Part shown: in pieces, positions 49,633 to 59,510 of the stretch
How the letters are laid out: each line of letters begins with the position of its first letter
How positions within the stretch are numbered: the stretch's first letter is position 1
Source: an uncultured Pelagibacteraceae bacterium
GTDB taxonomy: Bacteria; Pseudomonadota; Alphaproteobacteria; Pelagibacterales; Pelagibacteraceae
Direction: 5' to 3'
Length of the DNA: 64,000 nt
Assembly: GCA_902532525.1 (NCBI GenBank)
Contig: CACAIK010000003.1
Coordinates: forward strand, 18,449 to 82,448
The notes under the pieces: model-generated
The model's database searches: none
What the model was told of the DNA's origin: nothing
What the model saw: the letters and a program-made list of their open reading frames with translations, nothing else
Program-made: the position numbers and the translations under genes

Positions 49633-50637
49633 ATGAAGTTATCAAAAAAGATATCAGCACTAATTCTTTCTGTAGCTCTGTTAATTGGAAGCTTTGGTCA
49701 AGCCAATGCAGCTAAAAGACTTCACGCAGCTATAGCAGATTGGACTGGTGGGATAATTACGTGCGAAGTTGCCGTAGCAATTCTTGAAAGAGAAATGGGA
49801 TACAAAATTAAACAAACTGTATTTCCTTCAGGAACTGGTTTATGGGAAGCAATCGCTGCAGGTGAGTTAGACTTCGCTTGCGAAAGTTGGCCAAGTTACG
49901 CTGAAGCTGACACTGTTATGTTAAAAGAGGACTTAATATACGAAGGTAAAGTCGTTGGTACATACAATGGTGATGGAAGTGTGGACTTACTTGGAACAGC
50001 AGGAATAATCGGTATGTCAGACTACTGGATACCAAGATATGCTGCTGAGGAACTAGGTATTAAAACTTGGAAAGACTTAAATAAACACAAAGCTAAATTT
50101 GCAACAATTGAAAGTGGTAAGAGAGGTAGACTTATTGGATGTCCGGTTGCAGGTTGGAACTGTCATGACCAAAAAAGACTTGATCTTTTAGGAATAGACT
50201 TCCAAGCTGATGAACTTGGAACAGAAGCTGCTGCTATAGCAGAAGCAAAAGCTGCTTACATGCGTAAAGAGCCATTCCTACTTTATCTATGGTCACCTCA
50301 TTGGTTCTTTGGTGAGTATGATATGGTTGGTGTACAACTTCCAGAACACAAAACTTGTGACAGCTTCACTGAAGCAAATAACTGGAAAGATTGTGGAACT
50401 GCTGCATGGCCAGCAACTGGTTGGGCAAAAGATTACACTATGAACTATGGAAACCCAGCTACTTTTGCTAGTGCAGAACATGCTGATGCTAAGAAGTTCT
50501 TTGAAAAAATGTCTTTACAAAATATTGACCAAGCTAAAATGTTAGTTGAAGTTGATATTAAGAAAAGAGATGTAAAAGAAGTTGTTAATGAGTGGTTAGA
50601 CAATAATCCAGATAAATGGAAAAGTTGGCTTCCATAA
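49633..50637 (+). CDS. ProX/OpuAC-type quaternary-amine binding protein
   Basis: Signal peptide; ADWTG, CESWP, GCPVAGWNC, YLWSPHW aromatic-cage Trps; SD GAGAGGA. Confidence 0.85.
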   Translation: MKLSKKISALILSVALLIGSFGQANAAKRLHAAIADWTGGIITCEVAVAILEREMGYKIKQTVFPSGTGLWEAIAAGELDFACESWPSYAEADTVMLKEDLIYEGKVVGTYNGDGSVDLLGTAGIIGMSDYWIPRYAAEELGIKTWKDLNKHKAKFATIESGKRGRLIGCPVAGWNCHDQKRLDLLGIDFQADELGTEAAAIAEAKAAYMRKEPFLLYLWSPHWFFGEYDMVGVQLPEHKTCDSFTEANNWKDCGTAAWPATGWAKDYTMNYGNPATFASAEHADAKKFFEKMSLQNIDQAKMLVEVDIKKRDVKEVVNEWLDNNPDKWKSWLP

Positions 50638-50658
50638 TAACTCTAAAATAAATTAGAT

Positions 50659-50693
50659 AAAAAGGGCTTTGATTTTCAAAGCCCTTTTTTTTT
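50659..50693. terminator. Bidirectional intrinsic terminator
   Basis: AAAAAGGGCTTTG-ATTTT-CAAAGCCCTTTTTTTTT between convergent genes. Confidence 0.88.
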
Positions 50694-51816
50694 ATTTCTT
50701 AAGATAATTTAATCTACCCACAATTTCATCTCTATCCATGTAATAACCTTGTAGGTGTCTGTGTCCAGAATTTGGATCAAATTCAGTTCTTCCATGAAGC
50801 ACTCTTCTATTATTGAATGTATATATATCTCCTGGTCTTAGCCTAAATTTTATTTGAAATTTGTCATCGTGTAAAAGTTTTCCAAATTTATGATGAGATT
50901 TATAAACTTTATCCATTTGATCTGGATGACAATCTAAAGCGTCCATGGTTGCAGTGCTAAATCTAACATCATTATAATCACCATCTTTTGTTAAACTTAT
51001 TGCAGTGCCATAAAAGCTTCTATGAGCTTCTTGTGTGTAATCTTTGTCTCTAAACTTTAAAGGTATTTTTGTTAGCGTATCAAAAGTATCTTTATCATTT
51101 TTCTTTAAATATTCTGCTACAGCGAAAGCATCTACTGCAGATGAGTCACCACCTTTTGCTGAATTAACTAAACAATGTAAAAATTGATACCCAGGAGGAT
51201 TTTCAAACCATGGTAAATCCATATGATTTTGAAGTGCATGAGCTGTATAAGCTGAGTTATTAGGTTTTGGTATATTTATAACTTCAAAAGGTGTTTTAAA
51301 AAATGTCTCTCTTGTATGACTAATTCTGTTTAAAACAGGAAACGCTGAATTTTTTTCTACTGAAGCATTATAAACTATTGCTATTCCTTTATAATGAAGA
51401 AGCTCTAACCATTTAACTAATCCCTCTTCAGAAGATATAATTTCATTGTGATCTATATATATACTATCAATATTTTTTTCTAAACTACTATCCCATAATT
51501 GATAAGGTGATTTGTACTCTTCGTTATTTTTAATTGTGTAACAATTTTCTCTAAGCCAACTAATATCATAATGGCTTACATGATTTCCCTCACTCCACTC
51601 TATTTCTAATTTACCATCGCTATTAAGATTATATTTTTTTGGGTTTATATTTTCTGATACATCTAAAATATTAAACATTCGATGCCTAGAATCTTTATCG
51701 TGTGCTGTAGGACAATTATCTCTCAGCCACATATAATTAAATTTACTCTCTTTTCCGTCATCCCAAATTACTTGAAGATAAGTGCCGTTTTTTGAGATTT
51801 TTGAAATTGAGTGCAT
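50692..51816 (-). CDS. Gamma-butyrobetaine dioxygenase-like Fe(II)/2OG hydroxylase
   Basis: N-terminal WLRDNC...W..H Zn domain (DUF971-like), SAYT, HMD facial-triad start, QFLHC, NRRVLHGR, RHLQGYY; likely start MHSIS. Confidence 0.85.
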   Translation of the reverse strand: MHSISKISKNGTYLQVIWDDGKESKFNYMWLRDNCPTAHDKDSRHRMFNILDVSENINPKKYNLNSDGKLEIEWSEGNHVSHYDISWLRENCYTIKNNEEYKSPYQLWDSSLEKNIDSIYIDHNEIISSEEGLVKWLELLHYKGIAIVYNASVEKNSAFPVLNRISHTRETFFKTPFEVINIPKPNNSAYTAHALQNHMDLPWFENPPGYQFLHCLVNSAKGGDSSAVDAFAVAEYLKKNDKDTFDTLTKIPLKFRDKDYTQEAHRSFYGTAISLTKDGDYNDVRFSTATMDALDCHPDQMDKVYKSHHKFGKLLHDDKFQIKFRLRPGDIYTFNNRRVLHGRTEFDPNSGHRHLQGYYMDRDEIVGRLNYLKK

Positions 51817-51918
51817 AATCAATATCAATATAAAATAATTTAGTGCTCAATTCAATTATTAGTTGACATATTAATAGTTGGAAGATTTGTTAGTTTGAAT
51901 TATCTTTTAAAATTAAAA

Positions 51919-52704
51919 ATGAGCATTACCTTAAAAAATAAAAAAATAATCATATCTGCAGGAGCTTCAGGTATTGGATGGAGTTCGGCAAAAATATTTT
52001 TAGATAAAGGTGCAACAGTATATCTTTGTGATATCAATTCAACTTTTCTAAATAAATGTAAGAAGCACAAACTCAATAATAAAAAATTATTTGTATTTCA
52101 GTGTGATGCTTCGGATGAGAACCAAGTAAAAAATTTTTTTAGCAAAATAATAAAAAAAACAAAAAAAATTGATGCTCTAATAAATAACGTTGGAATTGCT
52201 GGGCCGACAGGGACACTTGAAAAATTAAAAAGCAAGGATTGGGAAAATACATTAAAGATAAACGTAATTAGCCATTTTTATTTTTCAAAATATTCAATTC
52301 CAATGCTAAAAAAAAATAAAGGTGGAGCTATAATAAATTTATCATCAACTGCAGGTATATTTGGATTTCCATTAAGATCCCCTTACTGTGCAAGTAAGTG
52401 GGCTGTTGTTGGTATAACCAAAACACTGGCAATGGAACTAGGAAAATTTAAAATTAGAGTAAACGCTATTTGTCCTGGAACAATAAAGGGAGATAGAATG
52501 GGTAGAGTAATAAGGGATAAATCGAAATTTTTAAATGTTTCAAAAAAATTAATAGAAAAAGAATTTGTTTCAATGACTTCAATGAATACATGGGTCTATG
52601 AAGAGGATATTGGAAGAATTTGTAGCTTTTTAATTTCGAATGATGCACCAAGGATATCAGGACAAGTAATTGCTGTAGACGGCAATACTTTAAGAATGCA
52701 TTAG
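51919..52704 (+). CDS. Short-chain dehydrogenase/reductase
   Basis: SAGASGIG, NNVGIAGP, NLSS, YCASK, RVNAICPG; likely start MSITLK. Confidence 0.9.
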   Translation: MSITLKNKKIIISAGASGIGWSSAKIFLDKGATVYLCDINSTFLNKCKKHKLNNKKLFVFQCDASDENQVKNFFSKIIKKTKKIDALINNVGIAGPTGTLEKLKSKDWENTLKINVISHFYFSKYSIPMLKKNKGGAIINLSSTAGIFGFPLRSPYCASKWAVVGITKTLAMELGKFKIRVNAICPGTIKGDRMGRVIRDKSKFLNVSKKLIEKEFVSMTSMNTWVYEEDIGRICSFLISNDAPRISGQVIAVDGNTLRMH

Positions 52705-52707
52705 TAT

Positions 52708-53121
52708 TTAAACTTTAGTATTTTTTTCGCTTATTTCCATAAATGGAAAATGAGACTCTTTATAGTGTATGTTCTCTGCTTTATTTAAAAAACTAATATC
52801 GTCTAGTAAACCTGCATATAAATAGTATTTTTTATACTTTTCTACATAAGTTAAAATAGGAGCAGCACATTTCCCACAAAAATGTTTTTTAATTTTATTA
52901 CCACTGCCACCTTCATGTTCATAAATTTTTAATTTAGACTTATCTATATCTATTGCTCCATCTCTAAGTAGTATAATTGTCATTATTCCTCCTATTTTTT
53001 TTCTGCAATCAATACAATGACAATTGAAAACTAAAGGGACTTCATCAAGCTTAACCTTAAAAGTTATATTTCCACAGATACATCCACCAGTTTTATTTAT
53101 AAAAATTTTTTCTTTCATCAA
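52708..53121 (-). CDS. GFA (glutathione-dependent formaldehyde-activating / CENP-V) family protein
   Basis: GGCICG, CHCIDC, FCGKCA. Confidence 0.85.
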   Translation of the reverse strand: MMKEKIFINKTGGCICGNITFKVKLDEVPLVFNCHCIDCRKKIGGIMTIILLRDGAIDIDKSKLKIYEHEGGSGNKIKKHFCGKCAAPILTYVEKYKKYYLYAGLLDDISFLNKAENIHYKESHFPFMEISEKNTKV

Positions 53122-54059
53122 TTTCTAATTTTATTCTCATATTTTTTTCTAATTTTTAATACATCAACTAAATATTGGTCCCTAATATTTGAAAGCATAT
53201 TAATTGATTTACCTTTAGCTTGTTTTTTTGTGCCTGATATAAGTTTATAAGATAATTTATTTGTTAACTTTGGAGCTTTTAATTTTGTCCAAGGCAATTT
53301 TAAGGCTGGACCAAATTGCTTTAACATATGTTTCATTCCTGCATTACCTCCAGCAAGATGAAAGGTTAAAAATGTGCCCATTATTGAGTATCTAAGACCT
53401 GGTCCATCTTCTATTGCACGATCTAATTCCTGTGTTGTTGCATAATTTTCATTAATAATATGTAGACCCTCTCTCCACAATGCCTCTTGAAGTCTATCCG
53501 ATAAATAACCTGGTAATTCTTTTTTGAGCATGATTGGCCTCATTGAGATTGATTTGTAATATTTGTTTGCATCTGAAAGAAACTTTCTTGTAGTTTTTTT
53601 TCCAGGAACTATTTCAACTGCTGGCAATAAATACGCTGGATTAAATGGATGTCCAATTATGCCTCTTTGAGGATTTTTACACTTAGAAAAAATTTTAGAG
53701 GGTAAAAGTCCTGACGAACTTGAAGAAATAATTACATTTGATTTTACATATTTAGAGATTTTTTGGATTAAATCAGTTTTAACTTTATAATTCTCTAATA
53801 CACTTTCTTGAACAAAATCCACATTTGAAAGAGCCTTTTCCAAAGAATTAAAGAATTTTAAATTTTTAATTAAAATTTTTTTTCCAAAAAGTTTTTTTAT
53901 ACTTTTTGAAGTTCTTTTTATTTCTTTTAAAACATAGTTTTTGAGATTTTTGTTTTGATCATATGCATGAACAATTTTGTTGTGAGCTAAATTTCTTATT
54001 ATCCAGCCAGTCCCTATGACACCAGTTCCAACTATTCCTACAGTTTTAATTTTTGACAT
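53118..54059 (-). CDS. lcdH: L-carnitine 3-dehydrogenase (CdhA/LcdH)
   Basis: GTGVIGTGW, FVQESV, SSSSGLLPS, GHPFNP.YLLP, DRLQEALWRE, GPGLR, AGG..GM.H...QFGPALKLPWTKL. Confidence 0.85.
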   Translation of the reverse strand: MSKIKTVGIVGTGVIGTGWIIRNLAHNKIVHAYDQNKNLKNYVLKEIKRTSKSIKKLFGKKILIKNLKFFNSLEKALSNVDFVQESVLENYKVKTDLIQKISKYVKSNVIISSSSSGLLPSKIFSKCKNPQRGIIGHPFNPAYLLPAVEIVPGKKTTRKFLSDANKYYKSISMRPIMLKKELPGYLSDRLQEALWREGLHIINENYATTQELDRAIEDGPGLRYSIMGTFLTFHLAGGNAGMKHMLKQFGPALKLPWTKLKAPKLTNKLSYKLISGTKKQAKGKSINMLSNIRDQYLVDVLKIRKKYENKIRN

Positions 54060-54946
54060 TACTTGTGTTTTACAAGCTTTAATTTTTCTCTTGTTTCTGA
54101 AGGTGACATAATCTCTACACCAAGATCTGTGACGATCCTTATTGCTTTCTCAACTAATTGAGGATTTGTTGCCAATTTTCCTTTGGATAAATATAAATTA
54201 TCCTCTAAACCAACTCTTGGATTACCTCCCATTACTACAGTTTGAGCAACATATGGCATTTCGTTTTTAGATATTGCAAAACCTGACCATATACCTTCTT
54301 TAGGCATTATATCTTTCATCGCCTGCATAGCTAATGGTGTTGCCGGTGCACCCCATGGAATTCCTAAACACATTTGAAAAAGAGGTGGATCACTTAATAA
54401 TCCCTCTTTATATAATTGAGCACCAAACCACATGTTTCCTAAATCAAAAGCTTCTATTTCAGGTTTAACTTTTATTTCTTGAAGTTTTTTTGCAGCTTTT
54501 CTTAAATCGTTAGGTGTGTTGACTGTGATAACTGAACTATCTCCAAAATTTAAGGTTCCACAATCAAGTGTGCATATTTCTGGAAGAAATTGTTCTGCAT
54601 TAGCAATTCTTTCCATTACATTTGCCATGTCTGTCATTGGACCAAAGTCTAAAGGGTTCTTGCCTTGGCCGATATCTAAATCACCACCCATGCCTGTCGT
54701 GAGATTAAGAATTACATCAGTTTCAGATGATCTCACTCTGTCAACCACTTCTTTATAAAGCTCGAGTCTTCTACTTGGAGTTCCATCTTCCTCTCTGACA
54801 TGGATATGGGCAATTGCAGCACCAGCTTTAGCAGACTCTATTGCTGCTTTTGCAATTTGCTCTGGAGTTTTAGGTAAATCAGGATGTTTACTTGCTGTAT
54901 CACCAGATCCTGTAACTGCACATGAGATGAAGACCTTATTGTTCAT
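54059..54946 (-). CDS. Beta-keto acid cleavage enzyme (BKACE), 3-dehydrocarnitine cleavage CdhC-like
   Basis: CAVTG, AGAAIAHIHVR, NLTTGMGGD, PEICTLDCGTLNF, RVGLEDN; coupled to carnitine dehydrogenase. Confidence 0.85.
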   Translation of the reverse strand: MNNKVFISCAVTGSGDTASKHPDLPKTPEQIAKAAIESAKAGAAIAHIHVREEDGTPSRRLELYKEVVDRVRSSETDVILNLTTGMGGDLDIGQGKNPLDFGPMTDMANVMERIANAEQFLPEICTLDCGTLNFGDSSVITVNTPNDLRKAAKKLQEIKVKPEIEAFDLGNMWFGAQLYKEGLLSDPPLFQMCLGIPWGAPATPLAMQAMKDIMPKEGIWSGFAISKNEMPYVAQTVVMGGNPRVGLEDNLYLSKGKLATNPQLVEKAIRIVTDLGVEIMSPSETREKLKLVKHK

Positions 54947-55005
54947 TTTTATTTCTAGTAAAATATAATATCATATCATTAACAATTATAAGAAATAAAA
55001 ATTTA

Positions 55006-55866
55006 ATGGACTTAAATAAACTAAGGGTTAGACGTAGCTTTATATTTACACCAGGTCTTCAACCAGAGATGTTTCCAAAAGCCTTGGCTTCAGGAGCTGA
55101 TATGGTTTGTATAGAATTAGAAGATGGAATTGCCATGAAAGATAAAGACGAGGCAAGGAAAAATACTATTGAAGCATTAAAGTCACTAGAAGTAAAAAAT
55201 GATGTTGAATTAGTTGTTAGATTAAATTGTCAAAGAACTAAAAATGGTCTTTTAGACTTAGAAGCTATTGCTTCAAATAAACTAAAGGTTAAAGCCATCA
55301 TGTTGCCGAAAGTTAAAACACCTGACGAAATTACATTTATTGATGACATGCTTACTGATTGTGGTTTAGATACTGATCTTCATGTTATAATGGAAACTAA
55401 TCAAGCTCTTGAAAGTATTTATGATATTGCACATTCTAGCGATAGAATAGTTGCTTTATATTTTGGTGGAGAGGATATGGCAGCAGAATTGAGAGTGGAA
55501 AACAAATTAGAGAATTTAGTTTATGCAAGATCAAGGTTAGTTCATGCTGGTGCAAGTAAAGGAGTTGATGTTATTGATGTTCCTTATTTAAATTTAGAAG
55601 ATATGGAAGGAATGAAAAAAGAAGCACAGTTTGTTAAAAACTTAGGTTTCACTGGGAAAGGATCTATTCATCCAAAGCAAATAAGTATTTTAAATGAAAT
55701 TTTTACTCCAACCGAGGAAGAAATAAGTAAAGCTAAAAGAATTATGGATCAATTTAAAAAAGCAAACACAGGTTTAGTTGTAATAGATGGTAAATTGATA
55801 GAAAGACCTGTTTTACGAGAGATGCAAAGAAAATTGTTAGTAGCAAATAAAATAAACAAAAGCTGA
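55006..55866 (+). CDS. CitE/malyl-CoA-lyase family CoA-ester lyase
   Basis: RRSFIFTPG, ELEDG, VRLN, LPK, IMET, GGED, GFTGKGSIHPKQI. Confidence 0.85.
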   Translation: MDLNKLRVRRSFIFTPGLQPEMFPKALASGADMVCIELEDGIAMKDKDEARKNTIEALKSLEVKNDVELVVRLNCQRTKNGLLDLEAIASNKLKVKAIMLPKVKTPDEITFIDDMLTDCGLDTDLHVIMETNQALESIYDIAHSSDRIVALYFGGEDMAAELRVENKLENLVYARSRLVHAGASKGVDVIDVPYLNLEDMEGMKKEAQFVKNLGFTGKGSIHPKQISILNEIFTPTEEEISKAKRIMDQFKKANTGLVVIDGKLIERPVLREMQRKLLVANKINKS

Positions 55867-55870
55867 TAAA

Positions 55871-56338
55871 ATGTCATTTCATTTGGCTTCGAGAAAAATA
55901 ATAAAAGATTGGACAGATTATAATGAGCATATGAACATGGCTTATTATGTTTTAATTTTTGATGAGGCATGGGAAACAATGCTTAATAAATTTGATATGG
56001 GCGGAGCTAAAGCACAAATAAATAAAAGAAGTACAATGGTGGTTGAAACAAGAACAACTTACGACAATGAAGTTAAAGAAAATGAAGAAGTTGATGTTTA
56101 TTGCACTTTCTTTGATCATGATAAGAAAAGATTACATTTAAAATGTGAGATGATCGAAAAAAAAACAGGAAAACTTGCTGCAACTACAGAAAGTATATCT
56201 CTTTATATCGATCTTGAAAAAAGAAAAGTTACAGAATTTGAAGAAGATAAAATAAAAATTATGGATGATTTTATTAACGAAAATAAAAATAGTTTTAAAT
56301 CAGATAAATTAGTACTTGCAGATAAACTTAAAAAGTAA
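55871..56338 (+). CDS. 4HBT/hot-dog thioesterase (CdhB/betainyl-CoA thioesterase-like)
   Basis: WTDYNEHMNMAYY..FD, EV...E.V, DKKRLHL. Confidence 0.78.
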   Translation: MSFHLASRKIIKDWTDYNEHMNMAYYVLIFDEAWETMLNKFDMGGAKAQINKRSTMVVETRTTYDNEVKENEEVDVYCTFFDHDKKRLHLKCEMIEKKTGKLAATTESISLYIDLEKRKVTEFEEDKIKIMDDFINENKNSFKSDKLVLADKLKK

Positions 56339-57919
56339 ATGAATTTTGACTACATAATTGTTGGAGCTGGTACAGCAGGATGTGTTCTTGCAAATAGATT
56401 AAGTGAAAATGGGAAATTTAATGTTGCCTTGTTTGAGGCAGGTGGATCTAGTGATATTTGGAAGGTTAATATGCCTTTGGCAATTTTGTATGCAATGCAT
56501 GATCCAAAATATAATTATAAATATTATTCGGAACCAGAACCTAATTTAAATAATAGGAGATTATTTTGCCCAAGAGGAAAAATGATAGGTGGTTGTTCTG
56601 CACATAATGGGATGGTTTATGTTCGAGGAAATAAAAACGACTATGAGAGATGGGCCTCATTTGGCTTGAAATCATGGTCTTATGAAAATGTTTTACCATT
56701 TTTTAAAAAAATTGAGACGTGGTCCGAAGGAGAGAATGAATTCAGAGGTGGGAAAGGAATTTTACCAGTAAATCAATCCAAAAACAAAAATCCGTTGTTT
56801 AGTGCTTTTATTAATGCTTCAGTCGAAGCAGGGTATAAAAAAAATAAAGATATGAACGGAGAAGATCAAGAGGGATTTGGAATGTATGATATTACAATTC
56901 ATAAAGGTCAAAGAGCTAGCGCTTCTAAATATTATCTAGAACCTGCAAAAAAAAGAAAAAATTTAAAAGTCTTTACCAATTCTTTTGCTGAAAGGATTAT
57001 TTTTGAAGGAAAAAAAGCAGTTGGAATAGAGGTAAATATCAAAAATAAAGTCACAAAGGTTTATGCTAGCAAAGAAGTTATTTTAAGTGGAGGTTCAATC
57101 AATTCACCACAACTATTAATGTTATCAGGTGTAGGACCTGAAAAAGATTTAAAAGATAAAGGAATTAATGTTGTGCATTCTTTAGAGGGAGTAGGTCAAA
57201 ATTTACAAGATCATTTAGAAACCTACATTCAGCAAGAATGTAAGACTAAAGATACACTTTATTCTTATGTTAACAAAATAAATATGCTTAAAATTGGTAT
57301 TCAATGGTTTCTTTCAAAAAGTGGTCCATGTTCTACTTCATTTTTAGAAGCAGGTGGTTTCTGCAAATCTTCAGAAGACAAAAGCTATCCAAATATTCAA
57401 TTTCATTTTTTTCCAGCATTTGTAATCGATCATGGATTAGTTGATCCTGACAGACATGGTTATCAATTACACGCAAGTTTGAATCAACCTAAAAGTAGAG
57501 GACATATTAAATTAAATAGTTCAAATCCATACGATTACCCTAAAATTCAATTTAATTATTTAGAAGATGAATATGATTTAAAAGAAACAATTAAGTGTGT
57601 TCGTGTAGCTAGGAAAATTTTAAGTCAAGATTCAATGAAACCTTACGCTGGAAAAGAAATAGGACCAGGTGAAAGTGCAGCTGATGATGATCAAATTACC
57701 GAGTATATTAGATCAAAAGCCGAAACAGCTTATCATCCATCCTGTACATTAAAAATGGGTGTGGACAAAATGGCTGTAGTTGACGAAAAATTGAAAGTTC
57801 ATGGTTTGGAAAATTTAAGAGTTGCAGATGCTTCTGTTATGCCAGAGATTACTAGTGGTAATTTAAATGCACCAACTTTAATGATAGGTGAAAGAGCAGC
57901 TGACTTTATCCTTAATTAG
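56339..57919 (+). CDS. betA: Choline dehydrogenase-like GMC oxidoreductase
   Basis: GAGTAGCVLANRLSE, PRGKMIGG..NGMVYVRG, NLQDHLE, AYHPSCT, VADASVMP, GNLNAPT. Confidence 0.85.
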   Translation: MNFDYIIVGAGTAGCVLANRLSENGKFNVALFEAGGSSDIWKVNMPLAILYAMHDPKYNYKYYSEPEPNLNNRRLFCPRGKMIGGCSAHNGMVYVRGNKNDYERWASFGLKSWSYENVLPFFKKIETWSEGENEFRGGKGILPVNQSKNKNPLFSAFINASVEAGYKKNKDMNGEDQEGFGMYDITIHKGQRASASKYYLEPAKKRKNLKVFTNSFAERIIFEGKKAVGIEVNIKNKVTKVYASKEVILSGGSINSPQLLMLSGVGPEKDLKDKGINVVHSLEGVGQNLQDHLETYIQQECKTKDTLYSYVNKINMLKIGIQWFLSKSGPCSTSFLEAGGFCKSSEDKSYPNIQFHFFPAFVIDHGLVDPDRHGYQLHASLNQPKSRGHIKLNSSNPYDYPKIQFNYLEDEYDLKETIKCVRVARKILSQDSMKPYAGKEIGPGESAADDDQITEYIRSKAETAYHPSCTLKMGVDKMAVVDEKLKVHGLENLRVADASVMPEITSGNLNAPTLMIGERAADFILN

Positions 57920-58388
57920 ACTCGAGATATTCTTTATATCTATCTAAACTTTCTTTAGGCCAAGCAATTTTAGGATCATACATTTCATCATAGCAAATAT
58001 CTTTGTTTACAATATTTATCCATGGATCTTTACTTTTAACAAATATGTGTGCTTGAGGCGGAAAAAGCTCTGGATTAGATAAAGTATTTGTTCTGATACT
58101 TATCCTTTTAACAGCGAATTCATAGTCAGAATAAATGTAAACACCGCACTTTTTGCAAAAGTAAACCTTGCAGCTTTTTCCACTGCCTGCAATTAACTTC
58201 TTTTCTAAAAGCTCACCTTTGATATCTAATGAATTTTCAAAAATACTTGTATTAACAACGAAAGATGATCCGGTTATTTTCTTACAATCTTTACAATGAC
58301 AAGCATGTGTAAATAAAGGCTTAGATTTAATAGTATATTCAATTTCTCCACAAATACAGCTACCAGAAATTGGTTTAAAATCTTCCAT
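57912..58388 (-). CDS. GFA family protein
   Basis: GSCICG, CHCKDC, FCKKCG, PQAHIF..SK.PW. Confidence 0.88.
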   Translation of the reverse strand: MEDFKPISGSCICGEIEYTIKSKPLFTHACHCKDCKKITGSSFVVNTSIFENSLDIKGELLEKKLIAGSGKSCKVYFCKKCGVYIYSDYEFAVKRISIRTNTLSNPELFPPQAHIFVKSKDPWINIVNKDICYDEMYDPKIAWPKESLDRYKEYLESN

Positions 58389-58450
58389 AAATACTTTTTA
58401 GAGTATCTTATTAATTATGAAGGTTAAAGTTTTTTTGATATAGGTGCGAT

Positions 58451-59398
58451 ATGCAAACAAACGATAATACAAAAGGTATTTTATTTATTATGACTGGAAT
58501 GGCCTTTTTTTCCATTCAAGACTCATTAATAAAGTTCATTTTTGAGGATATTGCATTGTTTGAGTTATATTTGGGAAGAACTTTAATACAGGCGACTATT
58601 CTCATATCTTTTTTTTTAATAACAAAAAAAAAATTTACTCTAAAAACTCATTATCCTTTTTTAACTTTAGTTAGAGTTGTTTGTTTCTTTTTTGGATTTG
58701 CTTTTTTTTATATTTCTTTAACCTTTATGTCTTTAGCGATGGTTAGTGCTTTGTTTTTCTCATGTCCTTTTTTTATGTCTATGTTTGCTAAATTTTTCTT
58801 AAAGGAACAAATTGGAATTAGAAGATGGAGTGCAATTGTTGTTGGTTTTATAGGAGTATTAGTTGTGCTTAATCCAACACTTGAAGAATTTAATTTTTTC
58901 AAATTATCACCTGTAGGATGTGCGCTTTGTTATGCTTGCTCGATGACAATTACAAAATATACTTCTGATAAAGATAATATTTATACTCAAATGACTTTGC
59001 TTTATATTTTTGCGGTTATTGTAAGTTTAATTATTTATCTAGTTAGCGGAGATGGGAAATTTAATAATTTTTCTGATCCTACTTTACAATTTATTGTTAG
59101 AGAATGGTTTACTAACCCTTCGGCTTCATGGCCATATGTCTTTGTAATGGGAGTTGTTGCTTCTATATCTTTCTTTTGTGTCTTTTCAGCTTATAGTATT
59201 GCTTCACCGTCAATTGTATCTTTGTTTGAATACTCCTATATAATTTTTGCTATGATTGCAGGATACATATTATTTAAAACAATACCTGAGCCAAGAACGT
59301 TTCTTGGAGCAGCTATTATTATTTCTGCAGGAGTGTATATTTACTTTAGGGAAAAAGTGAGAGGTCAAATGATTGCAACAGACACTCCAAACAGATAA
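58451..59398 (+). CDS. DMT/EamA family transporter
   Basis: About 10 TM segments; EQIGIRRWSA, FEYS. Confidence 0.85.
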   Translation: MQTNDNTKGILFIMTGMAFFSIQDSLIKFIFEDIALFELYLGRTLIQATILISFFLITKKKFTLKTHYPFLTLVRVVCFFFGFAFFYISLTFMSLAMVSALFFSCPFFMSMFAKFFLKEQIGIRRWSAIVVGFIGVLVVLNPTLEEFNFFKLSPVGCALCYACSMTITKYTSDKDNIYTQMTLLYIFAVIVSLIIYLVSGDGKFNNFSDPTLQFIVREWFTNPSASWPYVFVMGVVASISFFCVFSAYSIASPSIVSLFEYSYIIFAMIAGYILFKTIPEPRTFLGAAIIISAGVYIYFREKVRGQMIATDTPNR

Positions 59399-59510
59399 TT
59401 GTTGAAATTATAAGTATTTGTTCGAAAATTGAGATAATTTTCTCATTGAAATAATAATTTAATAGGATTTAATTTTGATTATATAAATTGTTAACAATTA
59501 AAGGGAAAAT

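Noticed and set aside
51863-51896. TTGACA upstream of the SDR as a sigma70 promoter
   Set aside because: No convincing -10 element at 16-18 bp spacing.
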